DNA of 64,000 nt from Parcubacteria group bacterium GW2011_GWA2_43_13 (lineage in GTDB: Bacteria > Patescibacteriota > Patescibacteriia > UBA9629 > GWA2-43-13), in the NCBI GenBank assembly GCA_000999025.1, contig LCFM01000004.1, positions 1,925 through 65,924 on the forward strand, read 5' to 3'. The notes beneath the pieces are model-generated. The model made no database searches. It had not been told where the DNA came from and saw nothing but the letters and a program-made list of their open reading frames with translations. The position numbers and the translations under genes were made by a program. Every line of letters starts with the position of its first letter. Position 1 is the first letter of the stretch. This document shows, in pieces, positions 19,728 to 28,779 of the stretch.

Positions 19728-21857
19728 ATGAACATCACCCTGAACACAGCGGTTTCCGAACTCTGGAAAGTTGGCAAGGTTACGGCAAGTCGGTTAAAAA
19801 AATTAGGCGTTGAAACTGTCTATGATCTTTTAATGTACTATCCATTTCGATACGACGATTTTTCAGTCATCACGCCTATCGCAAATATTCAACCTCACCA
19901 ACCGGTAACAATTCACGGGGAAATCATGATGATTGCAAATAAAAAAACAGCTCGACAAGGAATGAATATCACAGAGGCAATGATTCAAGACGCGCATGGA
20001 GACACAATCCCCTGCATTTGGTTCAATCAACCGTATCTTGCAAAAACACTTTCTATTGGAACACGCATTGCTCTTTCAGGAACGCCTGAATATGGATATC
20101 GCAATGCTCTGCAATTCACATCACCCCAATACGAAAAAATCATCAGCTCATCTCATATCCACACCGGCCGATTGGTGCCTATTTATCCAACCACTGCCAA
20201 CCTCACGCAAAAACAAATCAGATTTTTAATACAAACCGCAATGGAGTCGGTAAACAATGTATCTGACTGGATACCAGACGCTATAAAAACAGATGCCCAC
20301 CTTATCTCCCGAAAAGAAGCTATTAAAGAAATTCATTTCCCAACCGCACAATCCTCGCTTGCCAAGGCAGAACGGCGACTGAAATTTGAAGAACTCTTTT
20401 TAACTCAACTCCTTGCGTTTACTTCCCGCAACCACGCGCAACAATCCCAAGCTCATGCGTTGCATTTTCATGAAGATGCTATCAAGTCCTTTGTTGCCGG
20501 ATTGCCATTTATACTCACAGATGACCAAAAAAAGACCGCATGGCACATTATACAGGACTGCGAACACACAATGCCCATGAATCGGCTATTAGAAGGCGAT
20601 GTCGGCTCAGGAAAAACAGCTGTCGCGGCTATTGCAATGTTAAACTGCGCGCTGAATAATGTACAAGCAGTGCTGATGGCGCCGACGGAAATTTTAGCGC
20701 GCCAGCATTTTCAGACGCTGATGGAGTTGTTCGCTCATACCTCACCCCAACCCTCCCCTTGTAAAGGAGAGGGAGGCATATCGCCAACTATCGCCTTACT
20801 TACCAATTCCGAACACCGATTATACACACTGAACAACAAAAAACAAAAAACATATACAAAAAAACAAATAATTCAAGCAATTGCAGATGGCACCGCTCAT
20901 ATTGTGTTAGGCACCCATGCGCTGATACAAGAGGCAATAACATTTCACAGCATAGGGCTTGCCATTATTGATGAACAGCATCGCTTTGGCGTTGAACAAC
21001 GCAAAATGCTTATGCAAAAATCAATACAGACCGCACTATCCCCTCACTTTCTCTCCATGACGGCAACCCCTATCCCCCGTTCGCTCGCACTCACAGTATA
21101 CGGCGATCTTGATCTTTCTGTTATAAAACAGATGCCTAAAAATAGAAAACCGATTATCACTCGCATCATCCATCCTGCGGATCGCAATACAACATACGAA
21201 TTCATACGCTCCCATATTAAACAAGGCAGACAAGCATTTGTGATTTGTCCGTTGATTGAAGAATCCGATACATTGGGCATCAAAGCCGCAACGCAGGAAT
21301 ATGAACGGCTATCGCGTGATGTATTCCCCACTATCACTGTTGGGTTATTGCACGGAAAACTCAAACCAAAAGAAAAACAAGAAATACAAGAAAAATTTTC
21401 AAGCGGAGTGATTGATATTTTAGTTGCAACATCAGTGGTTGAAGTTGGGGTCAATATACCAAATGCAACCATTATGGTTATTGAAGGAGCGGAACGATTT
21501 GGATTGGCGCAACTCCATCAATTTCGTGGCAGAGTAGGTCGTGCGCACCATCAATCATATTGCTTTTTATTCACCAGCCACGCAGAACAAAAAAATCGCC
21601 TTGAGGCGCTTGTCAACACAACAAATGGATTTGAATTAGCAGAAATAGACCTTACACTGCGTGGGCCCGGCGATATGTTTGGTACGCGTCAGTCCGGTTT
21701 ACCGAATCTTCGTATTGCCTCGCTCACTGATATTGCGTTAATAGCAGAAACACGTACGCACGCGAAAAAACTTTTTGAGCAGGATCCGACCTTACAATCA
21801 TGGCCGACGCTTAAATCGTTGGTTGAGGAGTACGCAAATAAAACGCATCGGGAATAA
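19728..21857 (+). CDS. recG: ATP-dependent DNA helicase RecG
   Basis: 709 aa; Walker A GDVGSGKTAVA and helicase motifs; in-frame palindromic insert SPQPSPCKGEGGISP. Confidence 0.9.
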   Translation: MNITLNTAVSELWKVGKVTASRLKKLGVETVYDLLMYYPFRYDDFSVITPIANIQPHQPVTIHGEIMMIANKKTARQGMNITEAMIQDAHGDTIPCIWFNQPYLAKTLSIGTRIALSGTPEYGYRNALQFTSPQYEKIISSSHIHTGRLVPIYPTTANLTQKQIRFLIQTAMESVNNVSDWIPDAIKTDAHLISRKEAIKEIHFPTAQSSLAKAERRLKFEELFLTQLLAFTSRNHAQQSQAHALHFHEDAIKSFVAGLPFILTDDQKKTAWHIIQDCEHTMPMNRLLEGDVGSGKTAVAAIAMLNCALNNVQAVLMAPTEILARQHFQTLMELFAHTSPQPSPCKGEGGISPTIALLTNSEHRLYTLNNKKQKTYTKKQIIQAIADGTAHIVLGTHALIQEAITFHSIGLAIIDEQHRFGVEQRKMLMQKSIQTALSPHFLSMTATPIPRSLALTVYGDLDLSVIKQMPKNRKPIITRIIHPADRNTTYEFIRSHIKQGRQAFVICPLIEESDTLGIKAATQEYERLSRDVFPTITVGLLHGKLKPKEKQEIQEKFSSGVIDILVATSVVEVGVNIPNATIMVIEGAERFGLAQLHQFRGRVGRAHHQSYCFLFTSHAEQKNRLEALVNTTNGFELAEIDLTLRGPGDMFGTRQSGLPNLRIASLTDIALIAETRTHAKKLFEQDPTLQSWPTLKSLVEEYANKTHRE
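20741..20778. repeat. palindromic element family B, in frame inside recG
   Basis: cctcaccccaaccctccccttgtaaaggagagggagg. Confidence 0.6.
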
Positions 21858-21864
21858 AAAATCA

Positions 21865-23181
21865 TTAAAACATCCCGCCCAACACTTCTGTAAGCGATTT
21901 CCCCTGCTCAATCTCCAATACTTGAAACCCCAACTGCTCTGCTTCTTTTTTTCTCCTATCCTCATGCGGAACGCGCCTAATTTCGCCTGCCAATCCCACC
22001 TCGCCCCACACAACAGCGTCATTTCTGATTGCACTATTTTTATACGCAGACGCGATAGCCGCGGCAACAGCCATATCTGCGGCCGGTTCTTTGATTTTAT
22101 AGCCGCCCACAACATTCACAAACACGTCATACGCACTGATAGCAATACCTGCTCTGCGCTCAAGAACTGCAAGGAGTAATTGAACCCGATTGAGATCCAT
22201 CCCCGATACCGTGCGTTTGGGATACCCAAATTGCGTGCGAGAAACAAGCGCCTGAATTTCCACAATAAAAGGCCGCACTCCTTCAAGTACAACCGTAAGC
22301 GCGGAGCCGGGAGATGAATGACGCTCTGTCGGTAAAAAAATACGCGACGGATTAGAGACCTCGGATAATCCTTTTTCATTCATGGCAAATACCCCGACTT
22401 CAGATGTTGACCCAAAACGATTTTTTACCCCCCTCAACAACCGATATCCTGACGACTGATCGCCTTCAAGATACAACACCACATCAACCAAATGCTCAAG
22501 CGTGCGCGGACCTGCCACAGCGCCGTCTTTTGTAACATGGCCAATCAATATAACCGCGGTGCCTGTTTCTTTCGCGGCCTGAAGTAATTTGACTGTACAG
22601 GCCCGAACTTGCGTAATTGATCCCGGCTCTTGCTGAACATCAAGAGACGCAATGGTTTGAATAGAATCAATCACCGCAAGCGCTGGGGATGTTGCTTTGA
22701 GTGCTGATATAATTGCCTCAACAGTTGTTTCCGAAGAAAACGCAACAGCATCCGAGTGCATGCCAAGCCGATCAAACCGCATTTTCACCTGACGTGCTGA
22801 TTCTTCACCAGAAACATACACCACCCCTGCGCCACGAGCCGCAATCCCAGCGCACACCTGTCCTGTGAGTGTTGATTTTCCAACTCCGGGATCGCCACCT
22901 AATAATACCAACGATCCTGCAACAAACCCACCACCTAATACACGATCCATTTCGCTGATACCTGATGAAAACCTATCTTCTGCCTGCGCCACGATATCCG
23001 CAAGCTGGAGTGTCTTTGCTGATGGAATCGCTACCGCTTTTGCGTTTGTTGCGCCCACCATTGCAACTTCTTCTTCAAGAGTTCCCCATTTTCCGCAAGA
23101 TGAACACTGCCCAAGCCATTTGGGGAATTGCGCATCGCAATTGACACAATGGTAAATCACTTTTGGTTTTGCATTCGACAT
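21865..23181 (-). CDS. radA: DNA repair protein RadA/Sms
   Basis: N-terminal zinc finger CVNCDAQFPKWLGQCSSCGKW, RecA-like Walker A GDPGVGKSTL, C-terminal Lon-like domain; start taken at MSNAK. Confidence 0.9.
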   Translation of the reverse strand: MSNAKPKVIYHCVNCDAQFPKWLGQCSSCGKWGTLEEEVAMVGATNAKAVAIPSAKTLQLADIVAQAEDRFSSGISEMDRVLGGGFVAGSLVLLGGDPGVGKSTLTGQVCAGIAARGAGVVYVSGEESARQVKMRFDRLGMHSDAVAFSSETTVEAIISALKATSPALAVIDSIQTIASLDVQQEPGSITQVRACTVKLLQAAKETGTAVILIGHVTKDGAVAGPRTLEHLVDVVLYLEGDQSSGYRLLRGVKNRFGSTSEVGVFAMNEKGLSEVSNPSRIFLPTERHSSPGSALTVVLEGVRPFIVEIQALVSRTQFGYPKRTVSGMDLNRVQLLLAVLERRAGIAISAYDVFVNVVGGYKIKEPAADMAVAAAIASAYKNSAIRNDAVVWGEVGLAGEIRRVPHEDRRKKEAEQLGFQVLEIEQGKSLTEVLGGMF

Positions 23182-23335
23182 AGCACTGTATAGTATCACT
23201 TCAAGATAGAAACCACCACTGCGTTTACTGACATACACGCAATAAAAAAAGGCAGCTATCGTCACGGATAGCCACCTGCGATCATCGCCCCTGTTCTTTT
23301 AGATAGACTCGCCCACTCAGCGACAGTCCCATACA

Positions 23336-24610
23336 CTACGGAGTGAACGACCTCTGCGGTGCGAGATACTGGTAGCGCCGTTGCACCAGTTCCTCGACAG
23401 TTTGCGCTGGCGCGATCATATCCACACGGCCGTCAAGGCGTAGTATCAGCATCTGTGGCCATGGCCAGTTGTTATAGTTATTTCCCATCTCCGGGGCATG
23501 CGCGCCGGTGTCGTGAACAATGACATGCTGACCCTCTTGGAGCGAGAGCATTCTGTCCCAGCCGAAGCGATCGCTGTCTTCGCAGGCCGGTCCAACCACG
23601 CTACACACAACAGGTTCGTCGACCGGAGATTCGAACACAGTTATGTGATGATACCCGCCGTTAGGATGATACATCGGCGGACGCATAATGGACGCCATTG
23701 CCGAAGCATCAACTCCGCGGAACTCGCGGTAGCCGTGCTTCACAGTTATACACCTGGCAACGAAAACGCCGTTGGGACCAAGAACATAGCGGCCATTTTC
23801 CGAACATAGCCGCGGACGCCATCCACGCTTGCTGGCAAAAGTATGCAGAGTTTGAGTGATAGCTACTGCCAGACGTTCTAGGTCAACCGGATCGTCTTCC
23901 GGTCGGTAGGGAATGCCGAGCCCGCCACCGATATTAATGAACCTCACGCGGATATTGAGCCCGTCTTCCAGAAGACCGGCGACATCCAGAAGCATATTGG
24001 CTGTCTCGGCATGGCACTCCCAATTGCGCTCATTGGACACGAGCATGGTATGCAACCCGAAAGAGGTAGCGCCACACTCCTGTGCCTGTCGATAGGCATC
24101 CACGATCTGCTCGTGCGGTACGCCGTACTTGCACGTTTCGGGATTACCAATGACGCTGTCCAACACGCGCTGGGCGCCAGGGTTATAGCGGAAGCAAACG
24201 AATTGTGGAAATGGAGATGGCACCCGTGCGATTAACCCCCTATCATCAAGGTTGAGGATACAGCCACCGTCAGCTCTACTCACCTCAAAAAGACGGGCTG
24301 AAGTGTTGTTGGAAGTGAAAAAAATGTCCTCGGAAACGGCACCGACGCGCCGAGCTAAAACGAGCTCCACCTCGGAACTGCAGTCAAAGCCCATTCCCAA
24401 TTTAAAAAGTAGCTTTAGCACTTCGGGGTTGGAGTTTGCCTTAACTGCAAAGAAGTTGCGGTACAGGTTACACGCTCGACGCAAGACGGAACAGAGACGT
24501 TCTGTTGTCCCTATTATCCCGAGCTCATCCAGGATATGAAATGGCGTGCCGAAGTGCTGGATGACACTTGGCAAAACCGGGAACAGCCGGTTTTCGAAAT
24601 CTTGCGACAT
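23336..24610 (-). CDS. lysA: PLP-dependent Orn/DAP/Arg decarboxylase family 2 (LysA-like diaminopimelate decarboxylase)
   Basis: FFAVKANSNPEVLKLLFKLGMGFDCSSEVELVLA and GGGLGIPY motifs; conspicuously GC-rich (~57%) compared with its neighbours. Confidence 0.7.
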   Translation of the reverse strand: MSQDFENRLFPVLPSVIQHFGTPFHILDELGIIGTTERLCSVLRRACNLYRNFFAVKANSNPEVLKLLFKLGMGFDCSSEVELVLARRVGAVSEDIFFTSNNTSARLFEVSRADGGCILNLDDRGLIARVPSPFPQFVCFRYNPGAQRVLDSVIGNPETCKYGVPHEQIVDAYRQAQECGATSFGLHTMLVSNERNWECHAETANMLLDVAGLLEDGLNIRVRFINIGGGLGIPYRPEDDPVDLERLAVAITQTLHTFASKRGWRPRLCSENGRYVLGPNGVFVARCITVKHGYREFRGVDASAMASIMRPPMYHPNGGYHHITVFESPVDEPVVCSVVGPACEDSDRFGWDRMLSLQEGQHVIVHDTGAHAPEMGNNYNNWPWPQMLILRLDGRVDMIAPAQTVEELVQRRYQYLAPQRSFTP

Positions 24611-24860
24611 GGGCACAGCGCGATCCTCCTCGTTGTGGGGGTAATAAAAACACTTCTGAAGTATCAAAGAACATACCCCCAATGATCAAAATCCTACTTA
24701 AAACAAGTATCTTTGTCAAACATACAATGAACAAAAATAATCAACAATTTCATTTAACCACCTTCCTCCCCTTGGCACAAAAATGGCTATTGGTAAACAA
24801 AAACCACACCAACGAAATGATGCGGTTTGAAGGCGTATTACTTCATGCCCTTGCTTTTTG

Positions 24861-25547
24861 CTATTGCAACTGCTCTCGCTTTTTCAAATCACTCAAAATT
24901 TGCTCAAGTTGGTCTTTTTCCGGCAATCCGGAAATTTCTACATCACCAATGATGTAATACGGCGTTGCATCAACACCCAATGCCTGGCCTTCTGATATAT
25001 CCTGCCTGATATTGCCGACATATCTGCCGGACTCCATACACACTTGAAAACGATCAATGGGCATACCAAGCTGGCGGGCAAGCAATATCATGCCCTGCTG
25101 GTTCAGTGCCACATTTCGACGGAACAGTTCATCATGAAAATCCCAAAACCTTCCCATTTCCGCCGCGCATCGAGCCGCGTTATGCACAACTGTTGTGCCG
25201 GGATGCGACTGTTCAACAGGGAAATCTTTCCACACAAGCTGAATATCGTTCGGATACGAAGAAAGGAGTTCATTGATAATCGGCGCCGCTTGCGCGCAAG
25301 CTGGACACAAAAAATCGCTGTATTCAACAATTTTCATAACAGCAGTGTCAGGTCCTTTGCGTATTGTTGTTTTGTCAATGATTGGCTCAGAAATATTTAA
25401 ACGATTCGAAGAAGATGGTTGTTGCGTGTTTTGTCTTTTCAAAAACGAGGGTATGCCGAACACGGAAAAAGCGAATGCAGTAATAACCGATATCGCTATC
25501 AGAATACATAACGCTATGCCAAGTGTAGTTAATGATTCTTTTTTCAT
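24861..25547 (-). CDS. DsbA-like thiol:disulfide oxidoreductase, membrane-anchored
   Basis: N-terminal TM helix; thioredoxin-fold YSDFLCPACAQ (CxxC). Confidence 0.75.
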   Translation of the reverse strand: MKKESLTTLGIALCILIAISVITAFAFSVFGIPSFLKRQNTQQPSSSNRLNISEPIIDKTTIRKGPDTAVMKIVEYSDFLCPACAQAAPIINELLSSYPNDIQLVWKDFPVEQSHPGTTVVHNAARCAAEMGRFWDFHDELFRRNVALNQQGMILLARQLGMPIDRFQVCMESGRYVGNIRQDISEGQALGVDATPYYIIGDVEISGLPEKDQLEQILSDLKKREQLQ

Positions 25548-25574
25548 ACTCAACCCCCTCTTTATCTCCTGCAA

Positions 25575-25603
25575 CGGAGACGCCCCAGGGGGGCGTCTCT
25601 ACA
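25575..25603. repeat. palindromic element family A
   Basis: ggagacgccccaggggggcgtctctac between the DsbA-like and TolB-like genes. Confidence 0.6.
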
Positions 25604-25625
25604 ATACATTTTTTATATATCAATG

Positions 25626-26924
25626 TTATTCCAACCCCATCCGATACACGCCACCCAGCGTGCTATCACGGAATATCAAGTCCTTTCCATCAGAAGATAT
25701 GTGAAGATCGGTTGCCTTCAGCCCGGGTGGCGCTCCAACCGGTTTTGCAAGTAGTGTGGTCTTGCCGGTAAAAATATCAATTTCATAAAAATCTTCAGGT
25801 ATTTTTTTTGCCAACTCTGGGAATAACCCAGATCCTTGCGGTAATTCTTGCGGCACCGCGCAAATGACACTCTCACCATTTGATCTAAATACACATTTTT
25901 CAGCCCATGTCTGCACATACAACGGCACGTTGTTTTCTCCCATTGTCTCGGGACGAGCATCAGTAATCCACAATGTTGGATTATGATTTGTTGTTTCACT
26001 GCGCACGCTATACAGCAATTTATCTCCTGTCGGCGCCCACACTTCCTCAAACCCACGACCGGCAACGCGCAAAGCAGGTAAATTCTCTTGATTCTTTCCT
26101 AAAGGATAAATCTTTTGCGTATCACCTGTTTCGCCTTTAGTATAAAACGCAATCACCTGATTATTCGGCGACCAATCAACCCGCACTAATACGCCGTTGT
26201 CGCCTAAATGCTCAACATTTTGAATTGATTCGCCGTCAGTGCTTGATACGGCAAGCCAATTCTGCCAAAAATCAGTTGTCATCATTTTATACGCCACTTC
26301 TTGCGATGACGGGGAAAACGAAAATCCTTCTGCTTCTTTGGGAAGCGTTACCTGTTTATCATGAGCAAAATCATAAATAATATTGTAGCCGTCTGGAAAT
26401 TCAACCACTGCTTTATCGCCTGATTGCGACCACACTACCTGCTTTGCGCTTGGGAACGCGTCTTGAGAAAGATACTGTGTTTTTTGATCTAAACTAACTT
26501 CAACGAATTGTCCTTTTGACTGATCATAATACCTCACTGATCCATCTCCGCTGATTGCAATATTTTGAAACGACCCACTCGGCGTTGTGGGAGTAATGGC
26601 AGTATATCCGCCCTGTGCCACATCTGACACATTTCCAATCTGCGCCCCCTCATCCCCAAGTTGAGGAAGATCGGAAATACTGCCTCTTGTACCAGAAACT
26701 GCGAGCCCTCCTTGTGATTGCGACTGCTGAACAGTACCGCTTGTACCATCTTGAAGACCAGCTTGAGGTAACCCTTCGAGAGATGGCTTTGACGGAACAG
26801 GAGCAAGTACATTTGCACCTTGATCCCGACCAGAATTAAAAAAGACGAGCCAAATCCCAAGGATTATAACAAAAATCCCCATTACCCCCACACTGATAAT
26901 AATCATTGTCCTTTTATCCATCAT
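25626..26924 (-). CDS. TolB-like beta-propeller (PD40/WD40-like) protein with N-terminal TM anchor
   Basis: 432 aa; N-terminal TM helix and repeated beta-propeller blade-like segments (DWSPNNQVIAFY etc.). Confidence 0.5.
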   Translation of the reverse strand: MMDKRTMIIISVGVMGIFVIILGIWLVFFNSGRDQGANVLAPVPSKPSLEGLPQAGLQDGTSGTVQQSQSQGGLAVSGTRGSISDLPQLGDEGAQIGNVSDVAQGGYTAITPTTPSGSFQNIAISGDGSVRYYDQSKGQFVEVSLDQKTQYLSQDAFPSAKQVVWSQSGDKAVVEFPDGYNIIYDFAHDKQVTLPKEAEGFSFSPSSQEVAYKMMTTDFWQNWLAVSSTDGESIQNVEHLGDNGVLVRVDWSPNNQVIAFYTKGETGDTQKIYPLGKNQENLPALRVAGRGFEEVWAPTGDKLLYSVRSETTNHNPTLWITDARPETMGENNVPLYVQTWAEKCVFRSNGESVICAVPQELPQGSGLFPELAKKIPEDFYEIDIFTGKTTLLAKPVGAPPGLKATDLHISSDGKDLIFRDSTLGGVYRMGLE

Positions 26925-26987
26925 AAAAACATCTTAAATACCATCTTACCATGTCTTAACTTATCATACTATATGATGATTTTTAAC

Positions 26988-28748
26988 TCATCGCTTGAAT
27001 AATCGAGTAAAATCATACATTTTCTCACCATACCGATCTATCTTTAACTGAATATCTATGCAACAATTTTGCGTACACTGAGAAAGGCCTCCCTTATAAG
27101 ATTGACCACTAAGTAACCCTGAATTCCAATAATCGCATGAAACTTTCGCTTCTTCTTTACTATCACAACTTGACTTGCATTGAATATAGTTATTCTTTGT
27201 GAAAACAGGGCTTACGGAGCTCCCCTCCCCGCTAACCTTAGCACAACATACGCCGTAGGTGTATGTATTAGCGGTGAAATCTGCATTCCACGCTATTTCA
27301 ACACCTGGTACTACAGCGTCATCACTGCACACAATATTATTCAACTGAAAAGCTTCATCAAGTTTCCCAGCGAATGGAATCCACGAAAATATTGAATAAA
27401 CAAGATCACCCATCTCTCCTATGAAGCTTTTATCAACCGCTACTTTACCACCCGGGACATCTGGCTTTACCGTCAAATTATTACACATGATATTCTTATT
27501 AGATCCATCGTTTATAAGATGTAAATCAATTCTATCGAATGTCCCGATTTGATCAGATCCATCACACCTAATACGAGCAAGATCCTGCCCACATTGTACT
27601 ATTCTTCTTGTAGCACTACAAAACTCTTTCGTATTCATATAATTCTCAGGAAGCCAAACACATGCCGGGACATCCACTTCCTTGCCTGCTTCTTGTCCCC
27701 TAGAGTCAAGATAATATCCTGCTACTTCTGTCGCCGCAGCTTTACAACTTGGCTCTCCTTGCGCAACATTACATCGCGCTTTTGCGTATTCACCAGCCAC
27801 CCCCTTACTACATCCAAAGCCAGTCGCATTCTTTAACTGAACACATGTTTTATTTTTATCAATATTAGACGGATTACTTGTAATAGAACGAAAACGTTCG
27901 GGTGTTACCCCATTTTTTAGCTCTTCTGCTATTTTATCTACATAACATACTCTGCCATAACATCCATTATAATCACCTTTTTCATCTAACTTATACTCAC
28001 TAAATTGCTTCCGATCATCTGCCTCCACCTCAACATATACTTCTCCGCATACTGTTTGAGTTGCTTGCAATATCGGTTTTTGTTTTGCTATCGCCTCATC
28101 AAGATGCTTGCCATTAGATGTCTCAAGATACATACTTGCTCCTTGGCATTGTGCCGCTATATACTCTCTTGCTCGATCCTCTGGATCAGCAAACTTCTGT
28201 TCTACTGTTTCAATCACATCCGGCATATTTTCTAATTTCAAATTCACTAATTCAGGATTGATTAAATTTAAAATATTATACGAAAGCAGTGCTATCACAA
28301 GTCCTGCGACCGCGCCTTTTATTCGTGTTTTTGCGTCATCTATTGCTCCGGAATTTCCGCCTGCAAACAACCATCGGTAACCAGCAATCATAATCATAAA
28401 CACCGAGGCAATCGCGGCAATCCCTACCAAAAACCGATACACTCCGGCGATATACGAAATAACGCCACCTGTTTTATCGTCTGGATCAACAACTGCCGTT
28501 GCCTTTGTAACACATCTGCCTTTAATGGTCTTGCCTTCTACTAATTTGTTGCAATCTTCATCTTTCTCACATTTCTCCCCTATCTTCCCAAGCGCGCATT
28601 CTTTTTTTGGCGTTGACACCCCCGGAATATACACTTGCAAATCAATTGGCGCAGGATCATCCGCGGAAAAAACATTGGAAATAATACCTATCACACCCAA
28701 AAAGACAATAACTATACTCAAGAATATTCGCACTTGTCTAAAAAACAT
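26988..28748 (-). CDS. Cys-rich surface protein with VirB2/TrbC-like two-TM hairpin (paralog 1)
   Basis: 586 aa; signal peptide, ~100-aa Cys segment, TM-loop-TM FLVGIAAIASVFMIMIAGYRWLFAGGNSGAIDDAKTRIKGAVAGLVIALLSYNILNLINPELV, then ~400-aa Cys-rich domain with CYGRVCY. Confidence 0.5.
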   Translation of the reverse strand: MFFRQVRIFLSIVIVFLGVIGIISNVFSADDPAPIDLQVYIPGVSTPKKECALGKIGEKCEKDEDCNKLVEGKTIKGRCVTKATAVVDPDDKTGGVISYIAGVYRFLVGIAAIASVFMIMIAGYRWLFAGGNSGAIDDAKTRIKGAVAGLVIALLSYNILNLINPELVNLKLENMPDVIETVEQKFADPEDRAREYIAAQCQGASMYLETSNGKHLDEAIAKQKPILQATQTVCGEVYVEVEADDRKQFSEYKLDEKGDYNGCYGRVCYVDKIAEELKNGVTPERFRSITSNPSNIDKNKTCVQLKNATGFGCSKGVAGEYAKARCNVAQGEPSCKAAATEVAGYYLDSRGQEAGKEVDVPACVWLPENYMNTKEFCSATRRIVQCGQDLARIRCDGSDQIGTFDRIDLHLINDGSNKNIMCNNLTVKPDVPGGKVAVDKSFIGEMGDLVYSIFSWIPFAGKLDEAFQLNNIVCSDDAVVPGVEIAWNADFTANTYTYGVCCAKVSGEGSSVSPVFTKNNYIQCKSSCDSKEEAKVSCDYWNSGLLSGQSYKGGLSQCTQNCCIDIQLKIDRYGEKMYDFTRLFKR

Positions 28749-28779
28749 ATATCAATACAATTAACCCACAAACCACTAC

